Below, piece after piece: positions 60,001 through 64,000 of a stretch of 64,000 nucleotides of DNA; position 1 is the first letter of the stretch, and every line of letters begins with the position of its first letter. The DNA comes from Bilabrum cf. latius (lineage: Eukaryota): NCBI GenBank assembly GCA_965178125.1, contig OZ237747.1, positions 558,001 through 622,000 on the forward strand, written 5' to 3'. Position numbers and translations under genes: made by a program. The notes under the pieces are model-generated. The model was not told the DNA's origin. It searched no databases and worked only from the letters and a program-made list of their open reading frames with translations.

Positions 60001-63000
60001 CAGCGACCCGACGTCCCTCCCATTCCTGTCGCCGCCCAGCCCGAACCTGGCGCTGCCGATCAGCTGCTCCCGCTCCGTACCCAGGATCCTCGTCCCCGCC
60101 ACTCCGTGCCCGGGAAGACCGTCCCCCGGGCTACCGCCATCCGCCACCAAAACGCCTGGGAAGCGGGAGGCCAGCACGCTCTGCAACAGCAAGAAACCAT
60201 GGCTCGAGCTGGACCCACCGGAAGCCTTCCCATGCCCATCAGCGAAGCGCACTCGTGTGGCGGTCTTGCCCCTGGACAGGCCGGGGCTGCGCAATGTAAG
60301 CGCCTGGCTACCCTGCTTGTTTCCCGGAGGCAATTGCCCCTGCCCTTCGAAGTCGGCCCTGTCGTCCACAGCTCCAGCAGTTGCAGCCGGCATGGCCACT
60401 ATCCGAGCCGCATCTACAATCGGCAGCCCCCCATGTTTGGCCACATTAGGAGTGCCCGGGTCGCAGTACTCCCGGAGTGCCGTGGCCTGCGCATCGGAGA
60501 GCCATTCTTCGGCTTGCAAACCCCCCCGACCTCCCTTTCTCTGAGTGGCTGACGAAGGTGGAAACACAAACATGCGTGGCTCCGGGGCGTCGCTAAGGGG
60601 GGGTGCCACCGTCCTGGTTCTTTGCTCGGATTCGGTGATGCCAAGGCGGGCTGCGGCAGCGATGGAGGTCTGTGAGACCTCGATGGTCCCACCAATTCTA
60701 ATCACTGGGGGTCTTGATACCTGTTCCGTCTGGGACTCGGTCCCCGCGTCGAGTAGAGATGCGCGCTCGCCCCTCGAAGGCCCCAGACCAAACGCGAACA
60801 CCGAGCTCTCATCGTCCTCCATGCGCATCCAGGGACCCGCGCCGCTCTCGCGCCACTCAGCTTCTTCCTAAACGTCAGTGGACGACGTGCCGGCGTCGGA
60901 AGCCACCGGCACCCATCCCAGCATGTCAAATGCCACCGTCCCTGCCGACCGACGAGAGGCTGCGGCGCTTGGCTCGTCTGTTGTGGGCGCGTGCTCGGCG
61001 GTAGATTCCGTGCCGTTGGCAACCCCGCCCACTACTCTGGCGTCTGCACCGCACCCGCGGCCCGGGGGTCGCACTACCCATATCCCGTCATCACCCCCTT
61101 CCAGCACGCCACCGGTCGCCCACATGACGCGTGCCGCCCAGCTTCGATTCGCCACGCGGCTGCCGCTCCAATCGCAGCAGATGCGGTCAAGGAACGGGGT
61201 GGTGACCACGCGCACAGTTCTCCTCGGCCCGCCAGCCGCAACAGCAACGTCGGGAGGGATCCGGGCTCCAGTGGCCTCGCAGCTGGAGGCGATCAGCGCA
61301 ACTCTCGCAGCCTCTTCGTCGGTCTCAACGCACAGGCCTGCCGTTCCATCTGGCAGCATGGGGCGGCTAGCGGAAGCGGGGCTCCCCGGTGCCCCCATGC
61401 CGGGCGGCGCCCTGGTCCACAGCGTCCTCCACCTGACGCGAGCCGCCTCGATGCCCAACCGAGCCTCTTCCTCGTCCTCGTCCTCGTCGGCCAGACCATC
61501 TTCGTCTACACCTTTCTTTGCACGGCCATGGGTGCCCTTTTTGCCCGCATCAGCAGCACCCGTGATCACTTCCTCCCTAGTAGGGTATCGCGCGACCACC
61601 GTGCCGCACCCAAATGCGCAGCCACTTAGACCGCCCCTGTCGCCCACACCCCACGCAACGACCCGCCCAAGCTGCCCAGTGGCAGTTCCGCCCGAACCAG
61701 GAGCCAGCACCCAGCCAAGACGAAGTGCACGGGACTGCAATTCGTTCGCCACCGCACGCGTCCCACCCTCAGTTGCCATAGTGGCTGCGGTTGCCCCGCT
61801 TGCAGCACCAGCACCAGCAGCATCCGCCGTCTCCCTTGATTCAGCTACACCCGCTGCTGTCGGGGTAACCCGGGATTGCGCACCAGCCGACTTAGCATCT
61901 GGGAGCACCAGCGCCCCCACTACACCAACAGGCGTTCCATCCTCATCAGCGGCTGCACCAGTGGCAACTCCTCCCCGCATGCGCACGTCAAGCTGCGCCC
62001 TCTGCAATTCGATCGAGATCTCGCGTTCCTGCAAAGCCCGGGCGTTTCGAGCCTTGCCGAATCGCGGCTTTGGTAGCTTTGCGATCGCATCTCGGGCCCT
62101 GGCTGCAGCCCTGACGGCTTTGACCGCGCCTGGGTCGGGCACGGGGCATCGCTCAAGCCTTGTAGCCACATCCTCCGAACCGGATTGCACGAAAACAGGA
62201 ACCGAGGGCAGCTCCGTTTCCGCTACCACTGCGCCGCTCGGGCCATCGTCGCAGCGCTGCAAGGTCCTGGACCCATTGGGTGCCGTCACAATCCAGAAGC
62301 CCCCAGTACCGCTGCTTGCCGCGGGCTCAGAGCCCGGTGCAGCGCTATCTGGCAGCCACCAGCTTGTCGCTCCGGACCGGTAGAGCACGCATCGTAGGCC
62401 ACCAGCGAACGAACGGACGCACGTGTTCCCGCTACCCTGCAAAGGGAAGCGCACGGACGTCTCCACAAGCCACTAGGGCCACCGGCACGACCTTGCGTCA
62501 ACAGCCTAGGACAGCTCAGGGGATGGCTGCGCTGCCGCCTCGGCCGCATGCTCCATGGCTCTTGCCGTTTGCTTGCGGCCGATCACAGACCGCAGGGTGC
62601 TTTCCAAGGCCTCGCCGCGCCGAGCCGCGAGCAAGTGCTGTTGCAGGCGCTGCCGAGCGGTCAGACTAGATGCATCTGCGACCGACCGGGGTACCCACGC
62701 GATGCTCCCATTCGCATCCATGTGTATGCGACAGCCGCCGCCGTACTGCAGAGACAGGTCCCAGCTGCCATCTGCCCTCCGTCTCGTGCTGGGCGTCTTG
62801 CCAGACGCCTTGACGCGCCCAAGGAAGTCCCTTCGGCTTGCTTGGCTGCTCACAGACAGCAGTGCCGGCGGCCTGCCGAGCCCCATGGTTGCCCCTGCCG
62901 GCGCCCTGGCTATCGCAGCCAGCTCGATTTCGCCGCGCAACCGTCGGCCGGGGTGCTGGCTGTAAGTGCGCCTGATGGCGTGTTCCGTCTCGAGAGTGCC

Positions 63001-63999
63001 GGCCTCGCCGTCGCCGGGCCTGAACAGCGTCAGCTATGTCCTGTTTTCACTGTCCCTGACACCGGGGCTTGTGCCGCCCTGGCTGTTTCTGCGACGGAAT
63101 CCGAGCACACCGAAGGGGGCGCTCATGGTTACATTGCGGCCGATGAGCCCGCCTTGCCTGCCCTCGGTGCATTCGATCTGCACGCTTCCTGCAGCGTGCA
63201 TCCGCCACTGCTGCTGCTCCAAGCCCTAGATTGCCTCGGATGGCAGAGATGACACCAGCAAGCAGGCCGGCGACGGATTTGATGCCTCGGGCGTCGCGGG
63301 TCCACGACTGCGAGCACTCTCGCTTGGCTCACCGCTGGCTACTGAAGGTCGCACGCGCTGCCACACAAGAGCCTCGAGAACACGCTTGTACTGCTCAGCA
63401 GCAGCTGCCAGCCTCTTCTCAAGCTCTGGGTCAGTCTTCTCTGCAACCGCCTTGCCCTTTCCTTTGCCTTTCCCCTTTCCTTTAGGTTTGTCAGCCTCTG
63501 CCCTTTCCTGCAGCTCCGCAGCACCGGGCAGCCCGGCAGCTTCATTTGCATCCTCCTTGGCCTTAGCAGCAGCCTCCAGCAATGCATCCACTCCCTCTAT
63601 GGATCCAAGCTGCTACAGAAATACTCTGTCTTGCTCTAACGTCTCTTGCGCAAACGCGCTCGCGGATGTAGCCATGCCTCGAAGGAGAACAGCGGAACTG
63701 CCGGGACCGCCGCGCCTTTCCACGCGGGCGCGTGGCACCGGCTTGTTCGCTACCACAATCGCGCTGCCGGTCAGCGGCTCGCGACCCACATCGATTCGCC
63801 ATCCCTGCGATCTCAGCGCCGCGATCTCCGACAGTACCCCCCTGCGGGTCAGCCTACGTCGGTGGGACCGGAGGCACAGAGGCACCTGAAAGGCAGGCGC
63901 ATCCTTCGCAGCCTTGGCCTGGTGCGCTACCTGCCGCGCAGCAGCTGCGTTGGCGTCGAGTGGGATGATGCCCCACGGCCGAATCCTCCGGGGCCCCAT
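57070..63999 (-). CDS. 5'-truncated protein of more than 2300 aa, SPAG17/PF6-like flagellar central-pair protein (tentative) with a C-terminal PapD/ASH-like domain
   Basis: One frame from the window edge to TGA 57070 with 12 TAG (63613, 63226, 63034, 62506, 62473, 60868, 59401, 59071, 58915, 58813, 58759, 58489). Beta-hairpin DG/NG repeats; C-terminal VRPRQVVLGSV...VQVRNHS...GPIAPGAS. Confidence 0.65.
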
Positions 64000-64000
64000 T

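Noticed and set aside
59528-62383. Long opposite-strand or alternative-frame ORFs (for example 60878..62383 +, 59528..60544 +, 17087..18058 -, 29017..29919 +, 21970..22860 +)
   Set aside because: These are shadows of real genes in GC-rich, codon-biased DNA, with no recognisable motifs.
3-63999. Mass pseudogenisation, C-to-T hypermutation or sequencing error as the cause of the in-frame stops
   Set aside because: These would also generate TAA (from CAA), TGA (from CGA or TGG) and frameshifts, and I found none. Essential genes keep intact catalytic motifs.

Overview
Gene-dense, GC-rich eukaryotic nuclear DNA with short GT-AG introns, from a flagellated protist (PACRG and a SPAG17/PF6-like gene). 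A heterotrophic stramenopile of the Cafeteria type is my impression, not something I could verify. I resolve 24 protein-coding genes and see no rRNA, tRNA, CRISPR array or intact mobile element. The main result is a non-standard nuclear genetic code. The ORF track is fragmented because TAG is a sense codon. About 90 in-frame TAG codons interrupt 17 of the 24 genes, including essential ones (MetRS, AdoMetDC, ARPC1, Tim21). I found no in-frame TAA or TGA. TAG falls at conserved Gln positions, and the genes end in TGA (22) or TAA (2). The inferred code is UAG=Gln with UAA and UGA as stops, so UAG and UAA are uncoupled. Reading TAG as Gln also reveals a candidate signal-peptidase-processed polyprotein (two folate-receptor-like domains plus VWA/Cache) and several other multi-kb genes. 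Other observations are an inverted, apparently gene-converted pair of aldose 1-epimerases with different N-termini, Tim21 and GLOD4 each fused to a thioredoxin-like domain, a recurrent promoter motif TGCGCGGCGCC, and a candidate AdoMetDC uORF. Homolog motifs are quoted from memory and need confirmation by alignment.
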